Position numbers and translations under genes: made by a program
Notes under the pieces: model-generated
What the model was told of the DNA's origin: nothing
Database searches by the model: none
What the model saw: the letters and a program-made list of their open reading frames with translations, nothing else
Source of the DNA: Victivallales bacterium
GTDB taxonomy: Bacteria > Verrucomicrobiota > Lentisphaeria > Victivallales > GWF2-50-93
NCBI GenBank assembly: GCA_049297395.1
Contig: JBAQUG010000499.1
Coordinates: 15,140 to 79,139 of the forward strand
Reading direction: 5' to 3'
Length of the DNA stretch: 64,000 nt
Shown here: positions 17,435 to 27,198 of the stretch, piece by piece
Position numbering within the stretch: position 1 is the first letter of the stretch
Layout: each line of letters opens with the position of its first letter

Positions 17435-18583
17435 ATGTCCATGAAAATTACAGGAAAACAGAGAATGTTGAATGCCTATCGGGGGAAATTCTCCGACAGG
17501 GTCGCCATCGCCCCTGAATTCTGGTATTATTATCCGGCGAAGCTCCTGGGCGTGGATATGATTGAATTCGAACGGAAAGTCCCCTTCCACCAGGCTCTCA
17601 AGAAAACTTTCGAAACCTATGGATGTGAAGGCTGGGGTGCGGCATTCCCGTCAATTCCAAACGACAAGGTAAAAACAGAGACCAAGGAAAAGTGGACTGA
17701 TAAAGATACGCTTGAGGTCAGACATGTCACCAGCACATCCGCAGGCAGGCTTGAATCAGCTTCAGTGTTCAGCAGGGAAGAACCGAGCTGGGCCGTCGAA
17801 CGTCCTGTGAAAAATATTGAGCATGATCTTGCGGCATGGGAAATCTGCGCCTTTGGCGGAAATCCTGAGGACATGGACGTTTCAGGAATGGTAAAGGCAT
17901 GGAATGAAGTCGGCGAAACCTATCTTCTTGAAGCATGGCTTGGCGCGCCGTTCTTTGATTTTTTCGCCGGATCCCGTGATGGCGGCTTCGAGACCGCCAT
18001 TTTTGATTTCATGGATCCTGATTTCGAGCCCAAGCTGCATGAACTTCAGCAGCGGCATATTGAAAGGATGGTTTTGGTCGCAAGAACAATCTGCGAGAAA
18101 ACTCCGTTTGAAAGTCTGGCCATCGGATGTTCCTGGAGCTGCAATTCGCTGATCGGCCCCGATCTCTGGAGAAAATGGGACAAGCCGGTCATAAAGGCTG
18201 TCGCAGACGAGATTCACCGGCATGACAAGCTTCTCCACATCCATTTCCACGGAAAATGCATGGAGACGGTTGCGGATTTCGCAGAAATTGGCATAGATTG
18301 CGTATGTCCGTTTGAAAGACCGCCGGGCGGAGATGTGAAGAATGCAGAAGATTTGAGGAAGGTTGCTGCGCTACTGAACGGAAAAACGACCATGAACGGG
18401 AACGTCCACACCGTCGAGACGCTTATCAAGGGTACTCCGGAGAAAGTGCGCTGCGAAGTTCGCGAAATCATGAAGGCATTCAAGGGGAATCCGCGTCTGA
18501 TTCTCGGCACAGGCGACCAGGTCGGACGCGAAACCCCTGAAGAGAACATAATTGCAATGATTGATGAAGGGAAGAGGACATGA
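17435..18583 (+). CDS. Uroporphyrinogen decarboxylase (URO-D/MtaA) family protein, paralogue 1
   Basis: 382 aa. N-terminus KITGKQRMLNAYRGKFSDRVAIAPEFW and C-terminus ILGTGDQVGRETPEENIIAM are typical of the family. No signal peptide. Confidence 0.75.
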   Translation: MSMKITGKQRMLNAYRGKFSDRVAIAPEFWYYYPAKLLGVDMIEFERKVPFHQALKKTFETYGCEGWGAAFPSIPNDKVKTETKEKWTDKDTLEVRHVTSTSAGRLESASVFSREEPSWAVERPVKNIEHDLAAWEICAFGGNPEDMDVSGMVKAWNEVGETYLLEAWLGAPFFDFFAGSRDGGFETAIFDFMDPDFEPKLHELQQRHIERMVLVARTICEKTPFESLAIGCSWSCNSLIGPDLWRKWDKPVIKAVADEIHRHDKLLHIHFHGKCMETVADFAEIGIDCVCPFERPPGGDVKNAEDLRKVAALLNGKTTMNGNVHTVETLIKGTPEKVRCEVREIMKAFKGNPRLILGTGDQVGRETPEENIIAMIDEGKRT

Positions 18584-19839
18584 AATGCGGTGGAATGATG
18601 GCAATAGGAATTGTCTTAGGACTGCAAACCTCGATGGCAGGGGGAAACATGGGTAATTTACATTTTCTAGATAGGTTTGACAATAGGCTGGCCGGATGGA
18701 CGCTTAACCAAGCAGGCGGAACGGTCAAAATTGCAGATGTCTCTGCTTCAGATAAATTGGAATTAGACGACAGATCGGAAACAAAGAGCGTGTCGGCAAA
18801 GACTCCATTTGCAGCCCCTTCAGCTAAATATATAGTGGAATACGATATGTGTTTTGCTGCCAATAATGCCGGGATATTCGAGCTGTTGGATGCTTCAAAT
18901 AATCCGATTGTCAATGTAAGCGGCGGAATGAAAAATAATACGTTGTCGTTCTCTACGGATACAGAGCCTGCCACAACTGTAACCTGGACAGACGCTACGT
19001 ATAATCAAGTGACCCTTGCCATAGATCCGGCAGCGAAAACTGTCAGATGCTACTGGATTGACAAATCATACTCCGCCAGCGCCTATAACCCTAAGAAGCA
19101 GGTGGCGGTCAAAAACTATTCAGGCGCAGCGGCTGCACAGTTATCTTTTAGGACAGATAGCACTAAAACAGGAAAGACATATATCGATGAAGTCAAGGTC
19201 TACGCTCCGGATTTTGCCATTGTAGGAGATTCCGCCTCTGACGGCAAGCCCAGATGGAGCAACGACCCCAGCACGGTGTATAGGCTGGGAGCTGCTGGTA
19301 AGCCGGATCAGACATCACCTCCACATTATCAATTAGGCCTTCTTTTAGGGAAAAAAAACTGGGTGGCAAATCTTGGTTTTGGAGGATCTCAATCATCGGA
19401 GATAGCATCCTTGGCTCAAACCCTGTTGTTGGACCAGGGTTTCCGAAGAATATGGATCAAGATAGGATTGAATGATTTCAACCGTGGTCTGTCAGCTGCG
19501 ACGGTAGAAAAAAATATTCAATCGGCAGTAAAGACCCTTATTGCAGGCGGTATAACTCCGAGTAATATATTCTTATGTAATTGTTATGGAGCATCTATGT
19601 TGACAGCGGCAAAGGACAATGAAAGGAAGGCATACAATACCTGGCTTGCCGCATATTGCCCCAGTGTTGGAATCAACCTGGTTGACAATGATGGAACAAT
19701 CACTGATTATACGGTTTCCCCGGTTAAACCTAAGCCGGCGTATGACATCGGAGATGGAGTGCATCTTACGAAAGCAGGTTCAGGACAGATGGCGCAGAAT
19801 GTCTACAAGCTCCTGAAAACCGCACGCCAAGACAAATGA
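18580..19839 (+). CDS. Secreted SGNH/GDSL hydrolase with N-terminal lectin/LamG-like domain
   Basis: 419 aa. ATGA overlap with the upstream gene, and a short signal peptide. FAIVGDSASDG (block I), LGFGGSQSSE (block II), DGVHLTKAG (block V). Confidence 0.75.
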   Translation: MKCGGMMAIGIVLGLQTSMAGGNMGNLHFLDRFDNRLAGWTLNQAGGTVKIADVSASDKLELDDRSETKSVSAKTPFAAPSAKYIVEYDMCFAANNAGIFELLDASNNPIVNVSGGMKNNTLSFSTDTEPATTVTWTDATYNQVTLAIDPAAKTVRCYWIDKSYSASAYNPKKQVAVKNYSGAAAAQLSFRTDSTKTGKTYIDEVKVYAPDFAIVGDSASDGKPRWSNDPSTVYRLGAAGKPDQTSPPHYQLGLLLGKKNWVANLGFGGSQSSEIASLAQTLLLDQGFRRIWIKIGLNDFNRGLSAATVEKNIQSAVKTLIAGGITPSNIFLCNCYGASMLTAAKDNERKAYNTWLAAYCPSVGINLVDNDGTITDYTVSPVKPKPAYDIGDGVHLTKAGSGQMAQNVYKLLKTARQDK

Positions 19840-19897
19840 AACAACTGTTAATGAGCAATCAGTTGCGGAGAATTAATATTAAAACGGAGGGCAAGAT

Positions 19898-20824
19898 ATG
19901 ACAGGCAAGGAAAGGATGTTGAAGACATTGCGGTTTGAAGAGCCTGACCGGCCTCCTCATTTTGAGGTGATGTTCGAGCTTGAAAAGGAGGCATTCGGCC
20001 TGGAGTTTCCAAATCGCACCCTGTGGGGGAAATGCTCCCCCGGCGAAAAAACAAAAATGATTTTGCAGTGCATGAAGATATATGAGAAGATCGTCGGGCG
20101 CTACTCCTGGGATGCGCTCGCAGTGTTCTGGCCCTGGAGCGATCCCGATGGCGTCATCGCCGCAAAAAAGACTTTCGGCAACGACATCCTGATCGGCAGC
20201 ATTGTCGGCAACACCATCTGGGCCATTGACAATATCAGCGACTGGACCGAGTTTGCTGTGACGCTGATGGAACAGCCCCAGGAAATACACCGGGTGGCGG
20301 CGGAGAAAAACGCGGCGGCGCTGGAGAAATATGCCAGCCTGATTGATGCCGGAGCCGATTTCATCCATATTGTCAACGATGTGGCGTTCAATGCAGGCCC
20401 GTTCATCTCCCCGGCGCAGTTTTCGGAGTTTGTGACGCCTTATTTGAAACAGCAGGTCCAGTACATCAGGGCCCAGGGAGTAATACCGTTCGTGCACACG
20501 GACGGCAACATAGACTCGATTTTGGATGACTACCTGTCTCTCGGCGCGGCATGTTTCCAGTCGGTGGATCCGATGGCGGGCATGGACATTGCGAAAACCA
20601 AGCAGCGCTGTCATGGGAAAATGGCATTGATGGGCAACGTACAGTGCAACCTCCTGCAGGACGGACCGGACGAGGCGATCAGGAAATCCGCGCTGTACTG
20701 TCTTGAAAATGCGTCGCCGGGAGGAGGCTACATTTTCGGGACTTCAAATACGATATTCCCTGGAATGCCTCTTGGAAATTATGAATACATGCTGGATATT
20801 TACAGGAATTTCTATAATAAATAA
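19898..20824 (+). CDS. URO-D/MtaA family protein, paralogue 2
   Basis: 308 aa. MTGKERMLKTLRFEEPDRPPHFEV..., ...GGGYIFGTSNTIFPGMPLGNYEYM. GGAGGG lies upstream of the ATG. Confidence 0.8.
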   Translation: MTGKERMLKTLRFEEPDRPPHFEVMFELEKEAFGLEFPNRTLWGKCSPGEKTKMILQCMKIYEKIVGRYSWDALAVFWPWSDPDGVIAAKKTFGNDILIGSIVGNTIWAIDNISDWTEFAVTLMEQPQEIHRVAAEKNAAALEKYASLIDAGADFIHIVNDVAFNAGPFISPAQFSEFVTPYLKQQVQYIRAQGVIPFVHTDGNIDSILDDYLSLGAACFQSVDPMAGMDIAKTKQRCHGKMALMGNVQCNLLQDGPDEAIRKSALYCLENASPGGGYIFGTSNTIFPGMPLGNYEYMLDIYRNFYNK

Positions 20825-20835
20825 AGGAGTTCCTG

Positions 20836-23319
20836 ATGAACAAGATCCACCTTATATGTAATGCGCACCTCGATCCCGTATGGCTGTGGGAGTGGGAGGA
20901 GGGCGCCGCCGAAGCGGTTTCAACTTTCAGGACCGCCGCCGAGCTGTGCTCCGAATCCGACAATTTCATTTTCAACCACAACGAGGCAATACTTTATAAA
21001 TGGGTGGAAGAATATGAGCCTTCTCTTTTCGCGAAAATCCAGAAACTTGTCAAACAGGGGAAGTGGCATATTGCCGGGGGCTGGTATCTCCAGCCTGACT
21101 GCAACATGCCTTCCGGAGAAACATTTGTCAGGCATATAGCCGCCGGAAGGAATTATTTCCGGGAGAAATTCGGAGTAGAAGTGAAGACCGCGATTAATTT
21201 CGATTCTTTCGGGCACAGCCGCGGCATTGTCCAAATCATGGCGCAGTGCGGATATGATTCGTATCTTTTCTGCAGGCCGTCGCAGAACGACTGCCAGCTG
21301 CCTGCCGATGTCTTTGTCTGGAAGGGTTTCAATAATTCATCCTTGCTGTGCAGGCGGATTTCAGGCGGATATAACTCCCATCTGGGGAAGGCCGTGGAGA
21401 AGATCAGAGGCGTTGTCGAGAAAGAGTCCGATAAAAAGATAAACATGATATTGTGGGGAGTCGGCAATCACGGGGGCGGCCCTTCTAGAAAAGATATTTC
21501 AGGCATTGAAACGTTTATCCAGGAGAAGTCGGATGAAATTGAAATCCTGCATTCGACCCCTGAAAATTATTTTTCCGGCTTGAAAAAACAAGGGGTGAAA
21601 AAAATCCCATCCTTCAGCAAGGATTTAAATTCATGGGCGGTGGGATGCTATACCTCCATGATCCGCATAAAGCAGAAGTTCCGCCTTCTTGAGAATGAAC
21701 TGTACATGACCGAGAAAATGGCTTCGTCCGCATATTTCCAGAAGCTTCTTGACTATCCGGCGGCGGAGCTTTCCGAAGCCCGGAACGATCTTCTTGCCGC
21801 AAGCTTCCATGATATTCTGCCGGGGTCTTCGATCCAGCCTGTGGAGGAAATGGCCATACGTCTTATGGATCATGCCCTTGAGAACATTTCACGGGTGAAG
21901 ACGAGGGCTTTCTTCGCCCTCGCATCCGGACAGGAGAAAACTCCGCAGGATGAAATTCCAGTGCTCGTCTACAATCCGCATCCGTTCAAGACCGACGCGG
22001 TAATAGACTGTGAGTTCATGCTTCCGGACCAGAACTGGAGCAATGAGGATAAATTCACCGATGTGGAAGTCTATTCGGACGGCGTGAAAATTCCGGCGCA
22101 GGTTGAAAAGGAAGCATCGAATCTCAATCTTGACTGGCGCAAGAAGATAGTCTTCCGCGCCGAGCTGAAAGCGTCCGGCATGAACAGGTTCAACTGCAGG
22201 CTGACCTTGAAGAAGGATCGTCCTGCCGCCAGCGTCAAGGACGTGGATGGAATTTTCAAGTTCGACAACGGCGCGATGGAATTAGGGATAAGCAAGAAGA
22301 CCGGACTGGTTGAATATTACTCGGTCGACGGCGTGAGATATGTCGGCGCCAGAGCTTTTGAACCGACTGTCCTTGTCGACAATGAAGATCCATGGGGGAT
22401 GCAGGTAAAGCGGTTTGACCGGATGGACGGCGTTTTCAAGCTGAGCAGTCCCTCTGAATGCGCCAGGTTCTGTGGAATTCAAAAGAAAACTCTTGCGCCG
22501 GTGCGGGTGATTGAAGACGGTGAAGTCAGGACTGTCATTGAAGCAGTTTTTTCGTTCGGCACATCTAGGATCTGCCAGCAGTACATAATACCGAAGAAGG
22601 GGAGCGGGTTTGAAGTGATGACCCGCGTGTTCTGGAATGAAAAGAACCGTTTCCTGAAACTGAACATTCCCGTCCTTATAAATTGCGCCGAGTTCCTAGG
22701 GCAGACAGCTTTCGGATACCACGGTCTTCCGGTGAACGGGGATGAGGCGGTTTCCCAGAAGTGGGTCGCCGTCAATTCCGACAGGCATTCCTTCTCCTGC
22801 ATAAACAACGGGACATACGGATCGAGTTTTGAAAAGGGGAACATGAGGCTGTCCCTGTTGAGGTCTCCTGCATATGCAGGCCATCCTATCTGCGACAGGC
22901 CGATAGTTCCGCAGGATCGGTTCACTCCGAGGATAGAGCAGGGAGAAAGGCTGTTCCACTTCTGGTTCAACGCCGGAACATTGGGGAAAAGGATGGAGTC
23001 CCTGGACAGGGAGGCGCTTGTGCAGAACGAGAAGCCGCCGGCGCTGTCCTTCTTTCCGCCGGGATCCGGAGCAAGGCCTTCCGAATTATGCAGGATAAGC
23101 GGCGGCAGCATCCAGCTTGTCAGCGCGAAAAAAGCTGAGAATGGCGGAGCTCTCGTTGTCAGGCTTTTTGAGCCTGCCGGGATAAGAACAGAGACTGTGC
23201 TGGAGTTCCCGTTTGCAGGGTTCAGGAAGAAACTCAAATTCAATCCTCTGGAGTTCAGGACATTCAGTTTTGATCCAAGGAAAAAGGAACTGCGGGATGT
23301 CAATGCGGCAGATGAATAA
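20836..23319 (+). CDS. Glycoside hydrolase family 38 alpha-mannosidase (cytoplasmic)
   Basis: 827 aa. N-terminal IHLICNAHLDPVWLWEWEEG and WGVGNHGGGPS are GH38 N-domain hallmarks. AAGGAG lies upstream of the ATG. No signal peptide. Confidence 0.75.
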   Translation: MNKIHLICNAHLDPVWLWEWEEGAAEAVSTFRTAAELCSESDNFIFNHNEAILYKWVEEYEPSLFAKIQKLVKQGKWHIAGGWYLQPDCNMPSGETFVRHIAAGRNYFREKFGVEVKTAINFDSFGHSRGIVQIMAQCGYDSYLFCRPSQNDCQLPADVFVWKGFNNSSLLCRRISGGYNSHLGKAVEKIRGVVEKESDKKINMILWGVGNHGGGPSRKDISGIETFIQEKSDEIEILHSTPENYFSGLKKQGVKKIPSFSKDLNSWAVGCYTSMIRIKQKFRLLENELYMTEKMASSAYFQKLLDYPAAELSEARNDLLAASFHDILPGSSIQPVEEMAIRLMDHALENISRVKTRAFFALASGQEKTPQDEIPVLVYNPHPFKTDAVIDCEFMLPDQNWSNEDKFTDVEVYSDGVKIPAQVEKEASNLNLDWRKKIVFRAELKASGMNRFNCRLTLKKDRPAASVKDVDGIFKFDNGAMELGISKKTGLVEYYSVDGVRYVGARAFEPTVLVDNEDPWGMQVKRFDRMDGVFKLSSPSECARFCGIQKKTLAPVRVIEDGEVRTVIEAVFSFGTSRICQQYIIPKKGSGFEVMTRVFWNEKNRFLKLNIPVLINCAEFLGQTAFGYHGLPVNGDEAVSQKWVAVNSDRHSFSCINNGTYGSSFEKGNMRLSLLRSPAYAGHPICDRPIVPQDRFTPRIEQGERLFHFWFNAGTLGKRMESLDREALVQNEKPPALSFFPPGSGARPSELCRISGGSIQLVSAKKAENGGALVVRLFEPAGIRTETVLEFPFAGFRKKLKFNPLEFRTFSFDPRKKELRDVNAADE

Positions 23320-24373
23320 ACCAGGGACAGTGCAAATGGCCGGGAACAGGCTCCAGATCAGCCTGAACCTCATGCCTGCATTCTTTTCCAAGCACATAGG
23401 GACGTCCTATGGCGACAGATATTATTTTGATCCCGCCTACAGGGCGGAGGTGGAGCGGGCGGAAGGAAGATACCTTTTTGAAATCCTCGGCCAGTTCGGG
23501 GTGGGGGACAAGGAGCCCAGGCCATCCTCGAATCTCTTTATCCAGCCGATAGATCTGGTAAAGGCGACGCAGGGCGCCGAGATCTACTGCCCCCCCGACG
23601 CCACCCTCGAAACACATGGGCATCCGTGGGCGGCCAAATCTCCCGATGAAATCAGACGTATTCCGGCGGCGGACGCGGCACGGCATCCTGTTGTGGACAC
23701 GGTTTTGAAGCAGTATGCCGAGCTCTCACTCCTCTACGGGGAAGATGCCGATATATTCGGAATAAAATCAGGGCGGATGGGGATACACGCCCCTTTCACA
23801 ACTGCGCATCAGCTTATGGGAGAGGAACTGTTTTTCCTGATGGTCGACAACCCGGAGGCGGCAGGAGCTGTTTTCCTGAAGATCTGGGAAATATACCGGG
23901 CCGTCTATTCAAGGCTGGCGTCCGAACTGAGGGTTCCGTCCCCCGTGCGCATCCACATGGGGGACTGTTCGGCATGCATGTTGTCGGAAGAACTTTACAG
24001 GAGCAGCGTGCTTCCTGTAAACCGGAAAATAGCGGGTGATTTTCAGACAGCCTCCTATCATTCATGCGGAGGCTCGACCCATCTGATTTCCGCTTTTTCA
24101 GAACTTCCGCCTCTGACTCATATAGAACTTGGTCCGGGGACTGATCTTGCACGGGCGGTCCAGCTGATGCCGAAAACTGCCATGAGTCCACTGGTGGATC
24201 CGGTCATAATCCGCAACGGCAAGCCGAAAGAAGTGGAATCATTAGTTGAATCGCTCACGTCTGAAACGTCGAACGCTCCGGCGGTGACATTGTGCGCATG
24301 GTCGCTCGACATGGAAACTCCGGTGGAAAACCTTCAGGCGCTTTATGGGACTCTTGAGGAAGGCATTACTTGA
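23297..24373 (+). CDS. Divergent URO-D-like protein, paralogue 3
   Basis: The track start at 23213 would overlap GH38 by 107 nt. ATG 23297 follows AAGGA with 8-nt spacing. The family call rests on overall length, IHMGDCSACMLSEE, and SYHSCGGSTH in the position of the H-x-C-G motif. This is the weakest of the six assignments. Confidence 0.55.
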   Translation: MSMRQMNKPGTVQMAGNRLQISLNLMPAFFSKHIGTSYGDRYYFDPAYRAEVERAEGRYLFEILGQFGVGDKEPRPSSNLFIQPIDLVKATQGAEIYCPPDATLETHGHPWAAKSPDEIRRIPAADAARHPVVDTVLKQYAELSLLYGEDADIFGIKSGRMGIHAPFTTAHQLMGEELFFLMVDNPEAAGAVFLKIWEIYRAVYSRLASELRVPSPVRIHMGDCSACMLSEELYRSSVLPVNRKIAGDFQTASYHSCGGSTHLISAFSELPPLTHIELGPGTDLARAVQLMPKTAMSPLVDPVIIRNGKPKEVESLVESLTSETSNAPAVTLCAWSLDMETPVENLQALYGTLEEGIT

Positions 24374-24374
24374 T

Positions 24375-24615
24375 CGTATAGGAAATTGTATTTTAGACAG
24401 GATAACAGGATAAACGGGATTTTAAAATGGATTTAAATATTGAGTTGCAATCAAAGAGCACGTCAGCAGAGTGACGTGGCTACAACAAATCCAGGCTGTA
24501 GCCGCGTCACTCTGCTGACGCGTTCCTTTCCCGATGAATGCAACTTGCTATAAATATCCTTGGAATCCTGTAAATCCTGTCCGAAAAGTTATTAAGCCCC
24601 GGCGAAGCCGGTTAA
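24375..24615 (+). repeat. 241-bp palindromic intergenic element, copy A (MITE/ERIC-like); core 64-nt hairpin at 24460-24523
   Basis: Near-identical to 36534-36781, differing by a few substitutions and an 8-nt indel. Core: ACGTCAGCAGAGTGACGTGGCTACA / ACAAATCCAGGC / TGTAGCCGCGTCACTCTGCTGACGCGT. The outer arms GACAGGATAACAGGATAAACGGGAT and ATCCTTGGAATCCTGTAAATCCTGTC are inverted copies of each other. Confidence 0.85.
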
Positions 24616-24721
24616 GTCCAGTAAGACTGGCCGTTCCAGCCTGCTTGTTGATGCAATCAGATGGAATCGGAAACAAGTTATTCAGAGTTTGCAATTAGCT
24701 TAACCAAAAAAAGGAGAGCAT

Positions 24722-25444
24722 ATGAAAACGAAACAGACAATAGTGGTGGCGGGAATCCTGGCAGCTGGATTTCTGGTGGAGTCGCTTGTGGCCGGAGAGA
24801 TCAACGTGAAGAAAGCGGACGGAAAGACTGTTGTGCAGGTTGTCGCAGGTTCACCTGAAGCTCCTGCCGTGCAGGCTGCAAATCCGAACATCCAGGTGGA
24901 ATGCCTGAAATCAAAAGACAGCCAGACCCCTTATCCGGTGCTGAAGGATGATCTTGTAAATGCAGGATCTCCGTCCCTGGCTAAAGTATTGTTCGATGAC
25001 TTTGCCCCGCATCAGGCGTGTAATGCCGCGGCATTGAATGACGGAAACACAGGAAATCCTTCGGATCAGAACGGTGTCACGTTCGATCTGGATGGCACAT
25101 GGACCACCACGTTCGTGCTGGACGCTTCCAAGGCGTCCAAGGGCTATGATATCAGCGAGATAAGAACCGTTGCAGGCTGGCCGCCGAGCCGCGCATACCA
25201 GAAATACGAGCTGTTGGTTTCCAAGGTTTCCGCGCCTGATAAATTCATCTCCATGGGGACGTTCAATGTGGATGCGGAAGGAGGAGCCTTGGCAAGTCAG
25301 ATTAAATTAACAGGAAAAGAGAGCCTGATCGAGACCAATGTGTCTTCAATAAAATTCAAGTTCATGGTTCCCAATCCAGCCGTTCCAGCAACCGAGACGG
25401 CCTACCGTGAAATTGATGTCGTTGGCAAGGCAAGCGAAAAATGA
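24722..25444 (+). CDS. Secreted hypothetical protein (possible discoidin/galactose-binding-like fold)
   Basis: 240 aa. AGGAG lies upstream of the ATG. Signal peptide MKTKQTIVVAGILAAGFLVESLVAGE. The function call is weak. Confidence 0.6.
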   Translation: MKTKQTIVVAGILAAGFLVESLVAGEINVKKADGKTVVQVVAGSPEAPAVQAANPNIQVECLKSKDSQTPYPVLKDDLVNAGSPSLAKVLFDDFAPHQACNAAALNDGNTGNPSDQNGVTFDLDGTWTTTFVLDASKASKGYDISEIRTVAGWPPSRAYQKYELLVSKVSAPDKFISMGTFNVDAEGGALASQIKLTGKESLIETNVSSIKFKFMVPNPAVPATETAYREIDVVGKASEK

Positions 25445-27177
25445 GAAGGAAGGAATTACCTACGATGAGACATGTAAATGCCGGGACACCCCGGATTGTT
25501 TCAGCAATTATGACCGTAACGACAATCCTGATCAACATGCCAACGGGGGTGGCGGCCCCGGCAGAAGTCACAGCCATGATTTCAGTCAGGGATATCAAGG
25601 GATCCTACACTATTCCATATATCCAGTCCGACCGGGATCTCAGGGTGAATGTTGATTTTTCGGATCCGGATGCGGCTTCAGCCGACCTGGTGCTCGAAGG
25701 GAAGGATTTCCGGGCGGACAGGAAGGCGGAAAAGGCATCGCCCTCCGCTTTTTTCACAGGACTGCCTTCAGGCGAATTCACGCTTAAAGTCGAATGGCTG
25801 AAATCCGACGGATCAAAACTGTCGGATACGGTTTACCGGAGAATCGGCGTCGGAGCCGTGCTTGCCGCAATCGGGGACAGCCTCACCGAAGGCTATCATG
25901 GACAGGGATTCCTGAAGGACAGCCTTGACCTGAAAGCATCGGATTTCCCTGCAGAGGCGGTGTCAAAGGACGGGCGTAATTTCCCGCAGTTTTCCCCGAC
26001 GACTTTTCATCATAAGCCTACGGTCAACTGTTTCCAGAGCTGGATGACGGGGTTGAACGACAGTTTGTCGGAAAAGTGGAAAATGCCGGTATTCATCGCC
26101 AATGAGGGGTGGGGAGGATACACGGCCGCAAATTACCTGTCGATGATGCGCGGGAATTCCGGCGGATGGGCTGATCGCATGCGTCTCCTGCGTCCTGATG
26201 CATGGCTGATCCATCTTGGAGTGAATGACGAGCGCGCCAAGGTTCCGCCTGCGGAATTCGCAAAAAACATGAAGGCGATCGTCGGAATACTCCTTGATGA
26301 ATACAATGCTGATCCTTCCCAGATATATCTGGCATATCCGAGCTATGATTACGCCGCAGGGGCGGAATCCATACTTCGCTCATACATCGTTGAAATCGAC
26401 AAGATAGTTTCAGACATGAATCTGCGCACAGGGCCGGATTATTTTGGAACTTTTTCAAAGGACAAGGCGAAATGGTATGGCGGCGATCCCGTGCATCCGG
26501 GCGTGGAAGGAATGGATCTGATGGCGGAATTATGGGCCTCCAAGCTTTCTCCAAATGTCCCAGCCCCTAAAAAGTCATGCCATTTCATGCAGAATCTGAA
26601 GAACGGGAAAAAACAGACCATAGTCACATACGGTACAAGCCTGACCGCAGGCGGAGCCTGGGTAGGAGCACTTCAGAACGCCCTTGACGCAAGGTATCGG
26701 GGACTTGCCACGGTGATCAACAGCGGAAAAGGAGCGATGTGTTCAATATGGGGGATTGAGAACCTACAGGAGCGCGTGCTTTCAAAGAAACCGGATGCCG
26801 TATTCATCGAGTTCTCCGTGAACGACGCCTATCTTCCATACAAGATGACTTTGGCCGGCTGCAAAAAGAACATCGACGCCATGGTCGAACGAATTCTCAA
26901 TGAAAATCCCGACTGCGAAATCATCCTGATGGTGATGAACCCCATGGTTGACGTACATTCGGAACGGAGGCCCGAGCTGGAGAAATTCAACGACATCTAC
27001 AGGGAAACGGCAAAGGATAAAGGTTTTCTCCTTGTTGATCACTATCCGGCATGGCTCAAGATCCTTAATGCGGACAGGAAGGAGTTTGACGGTCTTGTTC
27101 CGGATGGCGCACATCCGAGCCCTGAAGGATGCCGCAGGATTGTGAATCCTAATATTTTGAAGGCGATTGGAATGTAG
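25441..27177 (+). CDS. Tandem double SGNH/GDSL hydrolase (two esterase domains)
   Basis: 578 aa. Domain 1: AAIGDSLTEGYHG, EGWGGYTA, GGDPVHPGVEG. Domain 2: IVTYGTSLTAGG, FSVNDAY, PDGAHPSPEG. Start is either the ATGA overlap at 25441 or ATG 25465. Confidence 0.8.
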   Translation: MRRKELPTMRHVNAGTPRIVSAIMTVTTILINMPTGVAAPAEVTAMISVRDIKGSYTIPYIQSDRDLRVNVDFSDPDAASADLVLEGKDFRADRKAEKASPSAFFTGLPSGEFTLKVEWLKSDGSKLSDTVYRRIGVGAVLAAIGDSLTEGYHGQGFLKDSLDLKASDFPAEAVSKDGRNFPQFSPTTFHHKPTVNCFQSWMTGLNDSLSEKWKMPVFIANEGWGGYTAANYLSMMRGNSGGWADRMRLLRPDAWLIHLGVNDERAKVPPAEFAKNMKAIVGILLDEYNADPSQIYLAYPSYDYAAGAESILRSYIVEIDKIVSDMNLRTGPDYFGTFSKDKAKWYGGDPVHPGVEGMDLMAELWASKLSPNVPAPKKSCHFMQNLKNGKKQTIVTYGTSLTAGGAWVGALQNALDARYRGLATVINSGKGAMCSIWGIENLQERVLSKKPDAVFIEFSVNDAYLPYKMTLAGCKKNIDAMVERILNENPDCEIILMVMNPMVDVHSERRPELEKFNDIYRETAKDKGFLLVDHYPAWLKILNADRKEFDGLVPDGAHPSPEGCRRIVNPNILKAIGM

Positions 27178-27198
27178 CATAACAAAAGAGGTATATCC

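Noticed and set aside
19343-19352. A8 homopolymer inside the SGNH gene (also A7 tracts at about 21597, 24705 and 27530), considered as phase-variation sites
   Set aside because: The reading frames are intact across all of them, and tracts this short are common. Unlike the (TC)4 case, there is no frame discontinuity to explain.
19859-20614. 251-aa minus-strand ORF
   Set aside because: It is antisense to URO-D paralogue 2, whose frame has an excellent RBS and family motifs.
23213-23296. Track start of the URO-D-like gene at 23213
   Set aside because: It would overlap GH38 by 107 nt. An internal ATG at 23297 has a suitably spaced AAGGA.
22479-23303. 274-aa minus-strand ORF
   Set aside because: It is antisense to the GH38 gene.
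24460-24523. Long GC-rich hairpin considered as a riboswitch, tRNA-like or other known RNA gene
   Set aside because: It is a simple uninterrupted stem with a 12-nt loop and no multi-helix junction or conserved riboswitch core that I recognise. It recurs as part of a dispersed repeat.
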